A stretch of DNA of 63,991 bases, counting the filler. It is 8 parts of 8 records of this genome, joined end to end, with 100 filler letters (N's around TTAATTAATTAA, not from the genome) between each part and the next. Parts side by side here need not be neighbours in the genome. Positions count along the whole stretch, not along the records: positions 1 to 15,082 come from SRR31156797_10714; positions 15,183 to 24,066 come from SRR31156797_10733; 6 more parts are not named here. One strand, written 5' to 3'. Positions within the stretch are counted from its first letter, which is position 1, and every line of letters starts with the position of its first letter. The notes below the pieces were generated by a model. The model ran no database searches. It saw nothing but the letters and a program-made list of their open reading frames with translations, and was not told where the DNA came from. Below, piece by piece: positions 8,415-18,238 of the stretch. The position numbers were made by a program, and so were the translations under genes.

Positions 8415-9158
8415 ATGAAAAGAAAAATAATGTTAATTATTTTTATATTTATCTCAACAATAGTTTTTGCTGAAAAATTAGTTTTTGTAGGAGCAAATTC
8501 ATTAAATGCTCCTATATTTAAATGGTTCGGAAGAATTGAAGAGGAAGCATTAAGTCGCTTAGGTTATGAGTTTGAGTTTAAGGAAGTTCCTGCGAAGAGA
8601 GCATCTGTAATATTAAATTCAGGAGAAGTGGATGCTGATCTCGCCAGAGTTTATTCTTACGGTGCATCATTTAAAAATATTGTAAGGGTAGAAGAAAAAA
8701 TGAATACTACTACATTTGCCATTTATGCAACTGATGAGAATATAAAAATTGATGGATGGAAAGGACTTCAGGGAACAAACTATAAAGTTGAGTTTAAACG
8801 TGGTGTATTAATTGCTGAAAAAACTCTTCCTAAGTTTGTAGCTAAAAAAAATATAGATTCATCTCCAAATTTTGAAGTAGGGATTAAAAAATTATCAACA
8901 GGTAGAGTTGATATTTATATTGGTAATTCATTTAGAGTTGACCTTACAGTTAAAAACTTAAGAAAATCTGGTCAGCTTAAGAAGGAAGTTTATAAAGTAG
9001 GAGTAGCACAAGAAATACCAATTCACCCATACTTACATAAGAGACATGCTGCTCTAGCACCAAAATTTGCTGAAGTATTAAGAGATATGAAAGCTGAAGG
9101 TAGATTTGAAGAATTAAGAATAGAAGTAGGATTGCCGGAAGGTGCAGTTGAATGGTAA
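8415..9158 (+). CDS. Substrate-binding protein, family 3 (amino-acid type)
   Basis: Signal peptide; VPAKRA..LNSGEVD and KLSTGRVDIYI motifs; GAGGAG SD. Confidence 0.8.
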   Translation: MKRKIMLIIFIFISTIVFAEKLVFVGANSLNAPIFKWFGRIEEEALSRLGYEFEFKEVPAKRASVILNSGEVDADLARVYSYGASFKNIVRVEEKMNTTTFAIYATDENIKIDGWKGLQGTNYKVEFKRGVLIAEKTLPKFVAKKNIDSSPNFEVGIKKLSTGRVDIYIGNSFRVDLTVKNLRKSGQLKKEVYKVGVAQEIPIHPYLHKRHAALAPKFAEVLRDMKAEGRFEELRIEVGLPEGAVEW

Positions 9159-9225
9159 AATGACACCATAAAACAATAAAACAAAAGAGGGTGCCCAAAA
9201 GGACATCTGAACAATAAATTTGTCT

Positions 9226-9257
9226 AACGACTCCTTATTTTTAAGCGAGTCGTTTTA
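9226..9257 (+). terminator. Probable intrinsic terminator
   Basis: AACGACTC...GAGTCGTT hairpin followed by a T-run. Confidence 0.55.
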
Positions 9258-9277
9258 ATTTTTTTGAAAATTTACTC

Positions 9278-9328
9278 TTGCATAATTTCTATTCATGAGG
9301 TAATATTCTTCTTAATGGGAACGTTCCC
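9278..9328 (+). promoter_or_regulatory. Sigma70 promoter with LacI-family-type operator
   Basis: TTGCAT-17-TAATAT (9278-9306), then the perfect palindrome GGGAACGTTCCC (9317-9328) with central CG. Confidence 0.65.
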
Positions 9329-9349
9329 TGAAAATAAAGGAGGGGTAAT

Positions 9350-10528
9350 ATGAAACATAACAGCGAAAAGCAAGTCTATTTTTTTGCACTAACATGTGCT
9401 ATCTGGGGTATGTTTTGGGGTAGTTGGGGAGTACTGCTACCTGAGATCAAAAACAGATTAGCAGTAAGTGAAGGGATGTTTTCTCTATCACTTACAGGAA
9501 TAGCACTAGGAGCAATACCTGCGATGCTTTTTACAGGTATGCTGATCAAAAAATTTACCAGAATTACACTATTTTTAACTCTGGCTTTTTTTGCAATGTC
9601 AATTTTTCTACTTATTTTTGTAGATTCATTACCAATGTTAGGTTTATCACTTTTTCTGGTAGGTATGTCATCAGGAGTAGTTGATATCATCATCAATTAT
9701 GGAGTTTCGATATTAGAGTCTGTAACAGGCAAAAAATATTTCAACTTTGTTCACTCAGTTTTTCCGATAGTAGCAATAGTTGTCAGTCCAATTACCGGAT
9801 TTGCCAGACAGCTACAGATTGATTTTAGACTGATTATATTGACTCTCAGCTTAATAGTTTTAATCTCTGGTCTATTGTGCTTAAGGTTAGATAACAAGGT
9901 ATTTGATGTTAATGATATGAATCAAAAAAGTGAAAAAAATAAGTTCTCTATTTCAAAATTGATTATTTATTTTGGAATAATAGGTTTACTTATCCATGTG
10001 CTGGAAAATGCTGTGGAGCAATGGAGTACGTTATACCTTGAGACACAGTTTACTGCACAGCCGAATATTTCGAGTCTTGGCATAACAGCATATATGCTAA
10101 TGTTATTTATAGGACGAATACTTGCACAAAAGCTCAGTAATACAGTATCTGAAAAGTTTTTAATAAGAGGGGCCTCACTGATATTCATTACAGGTTATTT
10201 ACTTGTATTTAGTTCAAGCAGTGTTTTCCTTACTATTCTTGCATATGGAATAACAGGATTAGGAATTGCACCGGTAATTCCTCTAATATTCAGCAGAGTT
10301 AGTAAAAGTTGTACAGAGAAAGACAGGGCAAAAAATATAAGTTTGATTACCACAATTGCTTACTCCGGTTACTTAATCAGTCCGCCATTTGTTGGTCTAA
10401 TGATATCTGTTTTTAATCTAAAATTTGCATGGTTAATATTATCAATTGTTGCTATATTCACATTAGTATTAATTGTATTCGCAATGAGATATCTGGATAA
10501 TGAGAGAGTAGGTAATGTAACTGGCTAA
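9350..10528 (+). CDS. MFS transporter (probable sugar permease)
   Basis: 392 aa with about 12 hydrophobic segments; ENAVEQWS and MFS loop motifs. Confidence 0.85.
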   Translation: MKHNSEKQVYFFALTCAIWGMFWGSWGVLLPEIKNRLAVSEGMFSLSLTGIALGAIPAMLFTGMLIKKFTRITLFLTLAFFAMSIFLLIFVDSLPMLGLSLFLVGMSSGVVDIIINYGVSILESVTGKKYFNFVHSVFPIVAIVVSPITGFARQLQIDFRLIILTLSLIVLISGLLCLRLDNKVFDVNDMNQKSEKNKFSISKLIIYFGIIGLLIHVLENAVEQWSTLYLETQFTAQPNISSLGITAYMLMLFIGRILAQKLSNTVSEKFLIRGASLIFITGYLLVFSSSSVFLTILAYGITGLGIAPVIPLIFSRVSKSCTEKDRAKNISLITTIAYSGYLISPPFVGLMISVFNLKFAWLILSIVAIFTLVLIVFAMRYLDNERVGNVTG

Positions 10529-10539
10529 GTAATAAAAAA

Positions 10540-10569
10540 CGACGTAATAAATTTAAATTTATTACGTCG
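10540..10569. terminator. Bidirectional terminator between convergent genes
   Basis: Perfect 30-bp palindrome CGACGTAATAAATTT/AAATTTATTACGTCG. Confidence 0.65.
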
Positions 10570-10596
10570 ACTGCTTCTATTTTATTTAATTTAGTT

Positions 10597-11280
10597 TTAC
10601 TCAATTCCACCAAATCTATAACCAATTTGTGCTGACACAACAGATAATTCCACATCTCTATCTACACTACCTAGTTTAACAGTTGCAGTTTGTTGAATAA
10701 TCCCGCTAATTTCAAATAAAAAATTACTAATAGCAAAACCTAACGACATACCGATAAAACTGCCGTTACCAACTTCAACATCTACAGAGTTCAATTCTCC
10801 ATATTCTTCAAATGCCGGACTCTCGTTAGTAGCATAACCAATATCCAATGAAAAGTATTGTTCTATAAATAGAGGGTTAGCTGATAATTTTAATGATGCA
10901 TAAACTAAAGTTGACTCCATATAGTTCTCATCAATCTCACTATCTTTTTCCTTTCCATAAATCCTTTGAGCAACTCCAGCTCCAACATTTACCCAACAAT
11001 CAGCAAGAAAAGGTGAGCCAAGTAACATTTGCCCTTCATTGAACAGATAAAAATCCTCAAATGGATAGAACTCTATATCATATACATAGCCACTTTCTAA
11101 ATCTATAGCATCAACATCATCACTTGCTTCGGCTGAATCCATAGCCTGCAGATCACCACCAACTTTTAGCTCTACTTTTGCTGCCATTGTTAATCCTGAT
11201 ACAAATAACAAACACAGTATAATCAAATATTTCCTCATAGTCATATCACCTTTCCCTTTTGCTATATAATAAAATTTCAT
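10597..11280 (-). CDS. Putative outer-membrane beta-barrel protein
   Basis: Signal peptide from MRKYLII (true start probably downstream of 11280); alternating beta-strand pattern; C-terminal IGYRF. Confidence 0.55.
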   Translation of the reverse strand: MKFYYIAKGKGDMTMRKYLIILCLLFVSGLTMAAKVELKVGGDLQAMDSAEASDDVDAIDLESGYVYDIEFYPFEDFYLFNEGQMLLGSPFLADCWVNVGAGVAQRIYGKEKDSEIDENYMESTLVYASLKLSANPLFIEQYFSLDIGYATNESPAFEEYGELNSVDVEVGNGSFIGMSLGFAISNFLFEISGIIQQTATVKLGSVDRDVELSVVSAQIGYRFGGIE

Positions 11281-11443
11281 CTTAGTGTTTCAAGAGAACT
11301 CTTAATCAACAAAACAATCAATTGTTTAGTGATTTAGTATACAATATATTTAATTAAAGAATCATTTAACGTTACTATATTACCATATATTTTTACTAAT
11401 AGCTAAGGGATTTAGCAAATATACTTATAAAAACTTAATCAAC

Positions 11444-12418
11444 TTACAAATATTTTTCAACTATCTCTTTTATAATCTTTTTATCCTCATTGCAACCACT
11501 CATTTGAAGCACAACTTTTTTACCCTGTAGTTTATCCTTAATCTTAAGAGCAGCTCTAATAGTTGAGGCCCCTGATCCTTCAGCTAAATTTTTAGTATGA
11601 CTAAGAGCCATCGCCATTCCTTCTTTGATCTCCTCTTCACTAAGTAAAACAAAGTCACTTAACTGATCCTTATAGATACTGAAAGGAATCTCATAACCTG
11701 TTCCTGTTGCAAATCCTCCTGCAAATGTTTTATTCTCAGAGCTTTGTATTTCTTGGTTTTTCCATGACAGATAAGCAGCTTTTGAACTTTCTGCTTGTAC
11801 AGCTATGATTTCAATATTAGGATTATGCTCTTTTAGCACAATAGTTGCTGCTGCTAATTCACTACCGGCACCTATTGGCAGTATAACTACACCTACATCT
11901 GGTAAATCTCTTATAATCTCCAGAAATTCCGTACCCACACCATTAATCAAATGTGGTTCATTTGCAGCATGTACAAAGTATAAATTTTCCTTTTCACTAA
12001 TTTCAGCTACTACTTGAGACGCTTCTTCGAAATCTTTACCTGCTTCTATTAGTCTTGCACCTGCATTTTTTATCATCTCATTTTTAGCCTTATTATTTCC
12101 TTCAGGTACTACAACTGTTGCATTAACACCGTAGAATTTAGCAGATGTAGCAACAGATATACCGTGATTACCTGTAGTAAAAGTAATTACTCCATCTATG
12201 TTATTCTCTTTAACATGATGCATTAGGTTTAACCCGCCTCGTATTTTGAAGCTTCCTCCTATATTATGATTTTCATGTTTTACATATACTTCCGCACCTA
12301 TTAGATCAGATAGGCTTTTATAATGAGCAAGTGTTGTTTCTTTTAGATGTTTCCTTACAATTTTTTCAGCTAATTTAACTTCTTCCAGATTAATTGGATG
12401 ACTTTTTAGATTTTGCAT
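11444..12418 (-). CDS. PLP-dependent threonine/serine dehydratase family protein
   Basis: KHEN..GGSFKIRG PLP-lysine motif; TGNHG; PIGAGS. Confidence 0.88.
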   Translation of the reverse strand: MQNLKSHPINLEEVKLAEKIVRKHLKETTLAHYKSLSDLIGAEVYVKHENHNIGGSFKIRGGLNLMHHVKENNIDGVITFTTGNHGISVATSAKFYGVNATVVVPEGNNKAKNEMIKNAGARLIEAGKDFEEASQVVAEISEKENLYFVHAANEPHLINGVGTEFLEIIRDLPDVGVVILPIGAGSELAAATIVLKEHNPNIEIIAVQAESSKAAYLSWKNQEIQSSENKTFAGGFATGTGYEIPFSIYKDQLSDFVLLSEEEIKEGMAMALSHTKNLAEGSGASTIRAALKIKDKLQGKKVVLQMSGCNEDKKIIKEIVEKYL

Positions 12419-12445
12419 TTTTTCTCCTTTTGTATAAAAATTTTG

Positions 12446-12853
12446 CTATTTAATATAGTCATTTTCGAATATATAATTTACTACTCTTCCTTTTATAATG
12501 ATACGCTTCTCATTAGCTGTAAATCTTATATATCTTCTACCAGACTTCTCAACATGTATATCCTCCCATGGAATAAGTATTGCTTTGTGCATAAAAGAAA
12601 AAACAATATTTGGTTTAAGTTTTATACCGTTCTTATACACACTTATATTCATTATTCCGTCATAGTTAGTAAAGATTCCTAAACGTATACTTTGAAAACG
12701 AAAAATTTTGATTTCATTTAAACGATAATCATCAAAAGCATATTTCCCAGCCAGTTTATGCCAACCACCTATAAATGAAACTAATCCAATTATAGCTACC
12801 CATAAAAAAGGGAAAACTATAAGAAACAGCAGGTCACTATTCATACTCTCCAT
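12446..12853 (-). CDS. Hypothetical membrane-anchored protein
   Basis: N-terminal TM helix followed by GGWxxLA; IPWEDI motif. Confidence 0.6.
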   Translation of the reverse strand: MESMNSDLLFLIVFPFLWVAIIGLVSFIGGWHKLAGKYAFDDYRLNEIKIFRFQSIRLGIFTNYDGIMNISVYKNGIKLKPNIVFSFMHKAILIPWEDIHVEKSGRRYIRFTANEKRIIIKGRVVNYIFENDYIK

Positions 12854-12863
12854 ATTTTTTCAC

Positions 12864-13631
12864 TTACTCCTTTTCGTTTAATAAATCACGTACATGCATT
12901 ACACTCCCCTGAGGAAATTCTTCCTTTTCCAACAGATAAATTATTTCATCAGCTACTATTTCCGGTTCCAATAACATTCCGTTCTCTTTATAATGTATGA
13001 AATCATTTACATCTTTGAAGTTATCTTCATCTGTCTCTCTAATTTCTTTTTGCATTTGTGTATTTAATATTCCGGGAGAAATGGCTAAAATTTCTACTGG
13101 AAATATTTTACTCTCTTGCTCTAAAGCGACTGTTCTCGTAAACATATCTAAACCTGCTTTGGAGCTACAATATGAACTCCAACCATGATATGGATTTTTC
13201 CCTGCCCCGGATGAAACGTTTATTACTCTTTTTCTTATTGGCAGATCAGTAACTTTTTTTACAAATTCAGATGTCAAAATCATAGGTGCTGTTAGATTCA
13301 CGTTTATATTCTTTATAATTTCATGACTTTTGCAGTTCTCTATTGTCTTAATAGGATTAACTATTCCGGCATTGTTTATAAGGTAAATACCATCAGCCAG
13401 ACTCAAATCAATATCATAAAAGATTTTTTCCATCAGCATCTCAATATCATTTACATGATTCAAATCAAATTGATTATAGTGTAGATGACTGTTTCTATGT
13501 AATGATATTTCCAATAATTCTTTATTTGGATTTCTTGAGATACAAAACAGCGTATTTCCTTCACCTATTAATTTTTCAGCTAATGAGTGCCCCAACCCTC
13601 TAGAGGTTCCTGTTATGATATAATAGTTCAT
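12864..13631 (-). CDS. Short-chain dehydrogenase, benzil/sepiapterin reductase-like
   Basis: TGTSRGLG, NNAG and YCSSK catalytic motifs. Confidence 0.88.
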   Translation of the reverse strand: MNYYIITGTSRGLGHSLAEKLIGEGNTLFCISRNPNKELLEISLHRNSHLHYNQFDLNHVNDIEMLMEKIFYDIDLSLADGIYLINNAGIVNPIKTIENCKSHEIIKNINVNLTAPMILTSEFVKKVTDLPIRKRVINVSSGAGKNPYHGWSSYCSSKAGLDMFTRTVALEQESKIFPVEILAISPGILNTQMQKEIRETDEDNFKDVNDFIHYKENGMLLEPEIVADEIIYLLEKEEFPQGSVMHVRDLLNEKE

Positions 13632-13807
13632 ATTTCCTCTCCTTTATACTCACATTAATTTTATTTATTCTCTATAATAGAATACAGCAAATTCATAATT
13701 TTTCCTTTAATAGAATATATATTTAAGATAATTTAGTTCTTCAGAGTAATTCTCACTAAATAATATAAAAAGAGCAGTTAAGTAACTACTCTCAATATTT
13801 AAATTAT

Positions 13808-14896
13808 CTATTTTATTAATTCAAATTCTATTCTTTCTTTTTCATCACCATTAACTATTATGGATATAGCTTGAGTTCCTTCATAAAGTTTTCGTGTAGT
13901 ACGCTCTATAAATTCATAACCTTTTCTTTTTATCCTATACGAGCCTGGCAAATGATTTTTTTCAGATATTTTATACACTTTCCTTGCTAAAGTTCCGTTA
14001 GCCTTCAAAAAATGCACAGCATATTCCATTCGAACCAGTCTCTCTTTATTATCATTAACTTCCAAAGTAAAGCTAAGGCCCATTCTTTCACCGATTATAA
14101 TAGAATCACTTGTTAACTCAAAAGCTCTAATATCTAATTTTTCAGAATTACCTAGTCCAAATAGTTTCATAGCACGACGATCACCTTTTTTTAATAAAGT
14201 TCTACACGCATGTTTAATCAGTGAGTCTGTATTATCAGTTTTTCCATACCACTGTTCTGCTATATCTAGAATTACATCCGGATTATCTCTGGAAATTGCA
14301 TTAAGATTATTAGCCACACTTCTTCTTACATATTCTGATTCATCATTTTTTAATTTCTCCAGTATAGGCAATATATAAGCTGGCTCCTTTTTGAATAAAG
14401 GTAAACCTATTCCCCACGGATGACTGGGCCTACATCCTTCACTTGCATATCGACGTACGTTTTCATTTTCATACTCTGTTAATTTCAGTAAGTATTCAGC
14501 TGTCTCTTTAGGTTTATTTATTAGAAACGGACGTATAGCAAATTCAGATGAGCTATGCTTGGTAAACTCTGTCAAAGCATACATAGATATATCCCAATGA
14601 TCTTGACCATAGACAGCTACGTAATCAGGAAATGTTACTGATTCCCACCACTCTATTTCCGGAATAGCTTTTATGAAAATATTAATAGTTTCTTCAAATG
14701 ACTCAGGCATAACGTCATGTAAGCATAGTGCTACATGGCGTACTTTCTTCATTATAAATAATTTATTCCAATTTGAATCAAAAACTAAATTCAGAAATTT
14801 TTCCCTATCAAATTCTGAATAGTATTTACTTAATACTGTAGTCATATTCTCCATTGATTCCTTTGTAAAGTAACTATCATATATATTATCTTCCAT
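13808..14896 (-). CDS. DNA alkylation repair protein (AlkC/AlkD HEAT-repeat glycosylase family)
   Basis: SSEFAIRPFL, VRRYASEGCRP..PW and YVRRSVANNLN motifs, plus a C-terminal beta-rich domain. Confidence 0.85.
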   Translation of the reverse strand: MEDNIYDSYFTKESMENMTTVLSKYYSEFDREKFLNLVFDSNWNKLFIMKKVRHVALCLHDVMPESFEETINIFIKAIPEIEWWESVTFPDYVAVYGQDHWDISMYALTEFTKHSSSEFAIRPFLINKPKETAEYLLKLTEYENENVRRYASEGCRPSHPWGIGLPLFKKEPAYILPILEKLKNDESEYVRRSVANNLNAISRDNPDVILDIAEQWYGKTDNTDSLIKHACRTLLKKGDRRAMKLFGLGNSEKLDIRAFELTSDSIIIGERMGLSFTLEVNDNKERLVRMEYAVHFLKANGTLARKVYKISEKNHLPGSYRIKRKGYEFIERTTRKLYEGTQAISIIVNGDEKERIEFELIK

Positions 14897-14950
14897 TATT
14901 TTTACTGTTCCTCCTTAGTTTTCGCATAATTCATAAGTAATCTTTCTTAT

Positions 14951-14981
14951 ATGATACTACTTTACCTAAGGTTAAGGTCAA
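14951..14981 (-). promoter_or_regulatory. MerR-type promoter (19-bp spacer with dyad)
   Basis: TTGACC-TTAACCTTAGGTAAAGTAG(19)-TATCAT; dyad CTTAACCT-T-AGGTAAAG with one mismatch. Confidence 0.65.
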
Positions 14982-15082
14982 TAAAAATCTTTTATACTTT
15001 GTTTCAACTAAAAACCTCTATTAAATTAAAAACAAGAGGCTGACTAAAAAGTCTTTAAAAGGTTTTTACCCGAGATTTAGCG

Positions 15083-15182
15083 NNNNNNNNNNNNNNNNNN
15101 NNNNNNNNNNNNNNNNNNNNNNNNNNTTAATTAATTAANNNNNNNNNNNNNNNNNNNNNNNNNNNNNNNNNNNNNNNNNNNN
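15083..15182. other. Artificial contig linker
   Basis: N-run/TTAATTAATTAA/N-run, 100 nt, repeated seven times in the window. Confidence 0.98.
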
Positions 15183-15452
15183 CAGGAATTAGAATACTGT
15201 AATGATATGTATACTAAATTAAAAAATCTTTCTAGTTCATCTTATACTGGATTTGAAAATGAGTATGATAGAGTTTTTGCTGTGTTAGAGGATTATGAAG
15301 AAAAGAGAAATGCTTACTATGGTGATGATAACGCTGGAAGTGAGGACCATCAGGATACAACTGGTAACTTCTTAAAATGTGTATCAACAACTGTTAATAT
15401 TATTTCAACTTATCAATACCTTAAGCAAAATCACTATTCGTTTATGAATTAA
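15183..15452 (+). CDS. Hypothetical protein, 3' fragment
   Basis: Frame is open from the contig edge (QELEYCNDMYTK...) to the stop, followed by a terminator. Confidence 0.55.
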   Translation, partial: QELEYCNDMYTKLKNLSSSSYTGFENEYDRVFAVLEDYEEKRNAYYGDDNAGSEDHQDTTGNFLKCVSTTVNIISTYQYLKQNHYSFMN

Positions 15453-15487
15453 TCAAATAATTATTTAACTTAGAACTTCAAACAATT

Positions 15488-15530
15488 AAAAACCTCTAAA
15501 CTTATGATTTATTGTAAGTTTAGAGGTTTT
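15488..15530. terminator. Bidirectional terminator
   Basis: AAAACCTCTAAACTTA...TAAGTTTAGAGGTTTT inverted repeat between convergent genes. Confidence 0.7.
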
Positions 15531-15545
15531 CTTTTATTATACTAT

Positions 15546-17216
15546 TTAATTTCTATCTTCTATCAATTTCATCACAATGTTCATATAACTCTCATCATCA
15601 TCTGATTTTACTTCATAATCTGGTTTAATTATCTCATATTTCTCGGGGTCTTCTTTATATGACTTTGTCGCAACTGATAATACAAAATAAGTTTCAATTA
15701 AAGATGCTGACCTGGGACTTCCAAATATACTAGTTGTTCCTCCAGGCTTTTCCCCAACGATTACGGCATTATTATCACCAATTCTAACCTGTTCTAAGAA
15801 TTCAATAGAAGCAGAAAAACTCTTAGCTCCACTAAGTACATACACATCTCCTTGAAAAGAGTAATTAGGGTCAGTTTTATCAATATAACTGTATAACTCT
15901 TCCCAGTTACTTAGATAACCACCAGTATTAGCTCTCAAATCAATTACTAGATTTTTAGTTTCTTTTTCTTTCAAGTCATTAAAATTTCTCTCTAAATTTG
16001 CTGCGAAGGGACGTAAATCCAAATGAAAAGTCGGAATATCCATTAATGCCGTTTCTTCATTTAAACTATAAACCCTTGGTAAGGTTATCCACCTTCTTCT
16101 TCCAAATACCATCTCTTTCGAAGCAGGTACCTGAATCAATTTTTCCTCTTCTCCATCCCTGTAAACAATTCTATTATTTAAAACATGGGTTCCTATTACA
16201 TACTGTAAATAATATGAAAAAGCTTCCTCCATTATTTTATATGAAGAGTTCTCAGAGTCAATTTCTGTCGGAATCATCTCTAACATTTGTTGAATTATTT
16301 CTTCTGATGGAATATCTGTTATACTAACTATCTCTTTTCCAACTATTTCTTTTTTACTTGGAGCTCCTTTTACATAAACAAAATCATCAAAATATATTTT
16401 CCTATCTTTTATCACTATTGGAAAAGGAAAATAATTCTCAAAATAATGATCGAAAGCTAAAGGATCTCCCATACTAGTATGTGATTCCTTTATTCCCGCA
16501 ACAAATTTTGCGAAATAAACAAAGAGTTTATGCCTTTTCCAGTAAGCCTTAGTTTTTATAGTTTCTAGCATCTCTTCAAACTCTGCTTCAGTTTGCTCTT
16601 TATCCCTATAAAGATAAAGTCCTTTGTGAATACTTAATTTTTTCATTAAATCTTTTGCTGATCTTACAGCTTCTCTTTTAGTAAACCACTCTTTTACCTC
16701 AATCTTCTCTAAAGCAAATTCTGACTTACTAAATTTAATTGAATCTACTATTTTTTTTAGTTCAATTTTTCTTTCATTATCTCTATCAAAACTAATATCT
16801 ATAGTTGCAGCGTATTTTCCATTAAAAATATAGTAGGCTAAATATTGTCCTGATTCATCTTCAATGTCAAGCAAATGATACTTGTTTTTAGCTTTTGTTA
16901 TTCCTTCACTAATCTTTATATCATTTGGATCAAAATATGCTTTTACCCCATTTTGATGTTGCTTTATAACTCTCATCAAATCATCTTCGTCGTTTAGCCC
17001 GGCAAGCAACCTTATTGTAAAATTCAAATTTTCATCTCTTTTGGTATTAAAATACCATTCTCCGGAACTAAATTGTATAACATCAAAATCTTCCACATTT
17101 TTTATCGAAAAATATTTATTAGAATAACTTCCTCTTTTAGAAAATCCCATAAAACTAAGTAAAACTAAAATCAGTATTAGTAATTGCAAACTTTGTTTTT
17201 TCATTATACCCTCCAC
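15546..17216 (-). CDS. Secreted S41 family peptidase with extra N-terminal domain
   Basis: Signal peptide (MKKQSL..., probable start 17204); LVIDLRANTGG, SFSASIEF, IVGEKPGG and IKPD motifs. Confidence 0.8.
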   Translation of the reverse strand: MEGIMKKQSLQLLILILVLLSFMGFSKRGSYSNKYFSIKNVEDFDVIQFSSGEWYFNTKRDENLNFTIRLLAGLNDEDDLMRVIKQHQNGVKAYFDPNDIKISEGITKAKNKYHLLDIEDESGQYLAYYIFNGKYAATIDISFDRDNERKIELKKIVDSIKFSKSEFALEKIEVKEWFTKREAVRSAKDLMKKLSIHKGLYLYRDKEQTEAEFEEMLETIKTKAYWKRHKLFVYFAKFVAGIKESHTSMGDPLAFDHYFENYFPFPIVIKDRKIYFDDFVYVKGAPSKKEIVGKEIVSITDIPSEEIIQQMLEMIPTEIDSENSSYKIMEEAFSYYLQYVIGTHVLNNRIVYRDGEEEKLIQVPASKEMVFGRRRWITLPRVYSLNEETALMDIPTFHLDLRPFAANLERNFNDLKEKETKNLVIDLRANTGGYLSNWEELYSYIDKTDPNYSFQGDVYVLSGAKSFSASIEFLEQVRIGDNNAVIVGEKPGGTTSIFGSPRSASLIETYFVLSVATKSYKEDPEKYEIIKPDYEVKSDDDESYMNIVMKLIEDRN

Positions 17217-18238
17217 AACACTTTCAGAATCTCCTCAAGTGATATATTTTTGATCGAAATATCTTTCAAATTATAGTTATCTAAAAAATGCTTTGTATGT
17301 TCTATTAATTCGTCTCTGTTTTTTATCTTAACTGATACTCTGTTTAATTCCGGTTCAAACTCTATATGTTCTTCCTCTTCAAATTTCCCGGCTTCTAGTT
17401 TTTCCCCTTCATCAAACTCTATTTTTAGCTCTTTATAATATGGTATCTTCTTCTTCAGAAGCTCAATATTACCATCATAATATATTTTTCCCTCGTCTAA
17501 TATAATTATTCTGTTACACAAGCTTTCCAGTTCATCCATATTATGAGTTGTTAAAATTATAGTAGTTTGATAATTTTCATTTATATATGTGATAAAGTTT
17601 CTTATCTTCTCTTTGACCAATATATCCAGTCCGATAAGAGGTTCATCAAGAAACATAAGCTCAGGGCTATGAAGGAATGCAGCGGCCAGATCAGCTCTCA
17701 TTCTTTGTCCAAGCGACATCTTCATTACCGGAATATCCATGAATTGATTCAAGTCTAATATCCCTGCAAGTTCATTGAATTTGATCTCAAAATCAGCATC
17801 ACTTATATCATATATCTCTTTTAAAACTTTGAAAGTTTCTCTAAGTGGCAGATCCCACCATAGTTGAGTTTTCTGACCAAATACAACCCCTATTTTTTTA
17901 TTAAAACTCATTTTATTTTTAAATATTGATTCACCTTTGAAATGTATCTCTCCAAAGCTGGGATGTAGTATCCCCGACATCATCTTAACAGTTGTAGACT
18001 TCCCCGCTCCGTTTTTACCTACATAACCTATGATCTCACCTTTTTTAATAGAGAAATCAATATTATCAATCACTCTCTTATCTATCCTCTTAGGTTTTAT
18101 CAAACTGATCATCTTTTTGATAAATGTTTCTTCCTGTTTGTAAGTCACAAAATCTTTTGATACTCCATTTATCTCTAATAAATTAACTTCCTGTGCTCTC
18201 ATAAACTCTTTCACCTGCTTTCCAAATTTTATAAGCAA
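17204..18238 (-). CDS. ABC exporter ATP-binding protein
   Basis: GKNGAGKST, SLGQRMR and FLDEP motifs; true start uncertain, likely near 18202. Confidence 0.92.
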   Translation of the reverse strand: MLIKFGKQVKEFMRAQEVNLLEINGVSKDFVTYKQEETFIKKMISLIKPKRIDKRVIDNIDFSIKKGEIIGYVGKNGAGKSTTVKMMSGILHPSFGEIHFKGESIFKNKMSFNKKIGVVFGQKTQLWWDLPLRETFKVLKEIYDISDADFEIKFNELAGILDLNQFMDIPVMKMSLGQRMRADLAAAFLHSPELMFLDEPLIGLDILVKEKIRNFITYINENYQTTIILTTHNMDELESLCNRIIILDEGKIYYDGNIELLKKKIPYYKELKIEFDEGEKLEAGKFEEEEHIEFEPELNRVSVKIKNRDELIEHTKHFLDNYNLKDISIKNISLEEILKVLWRV

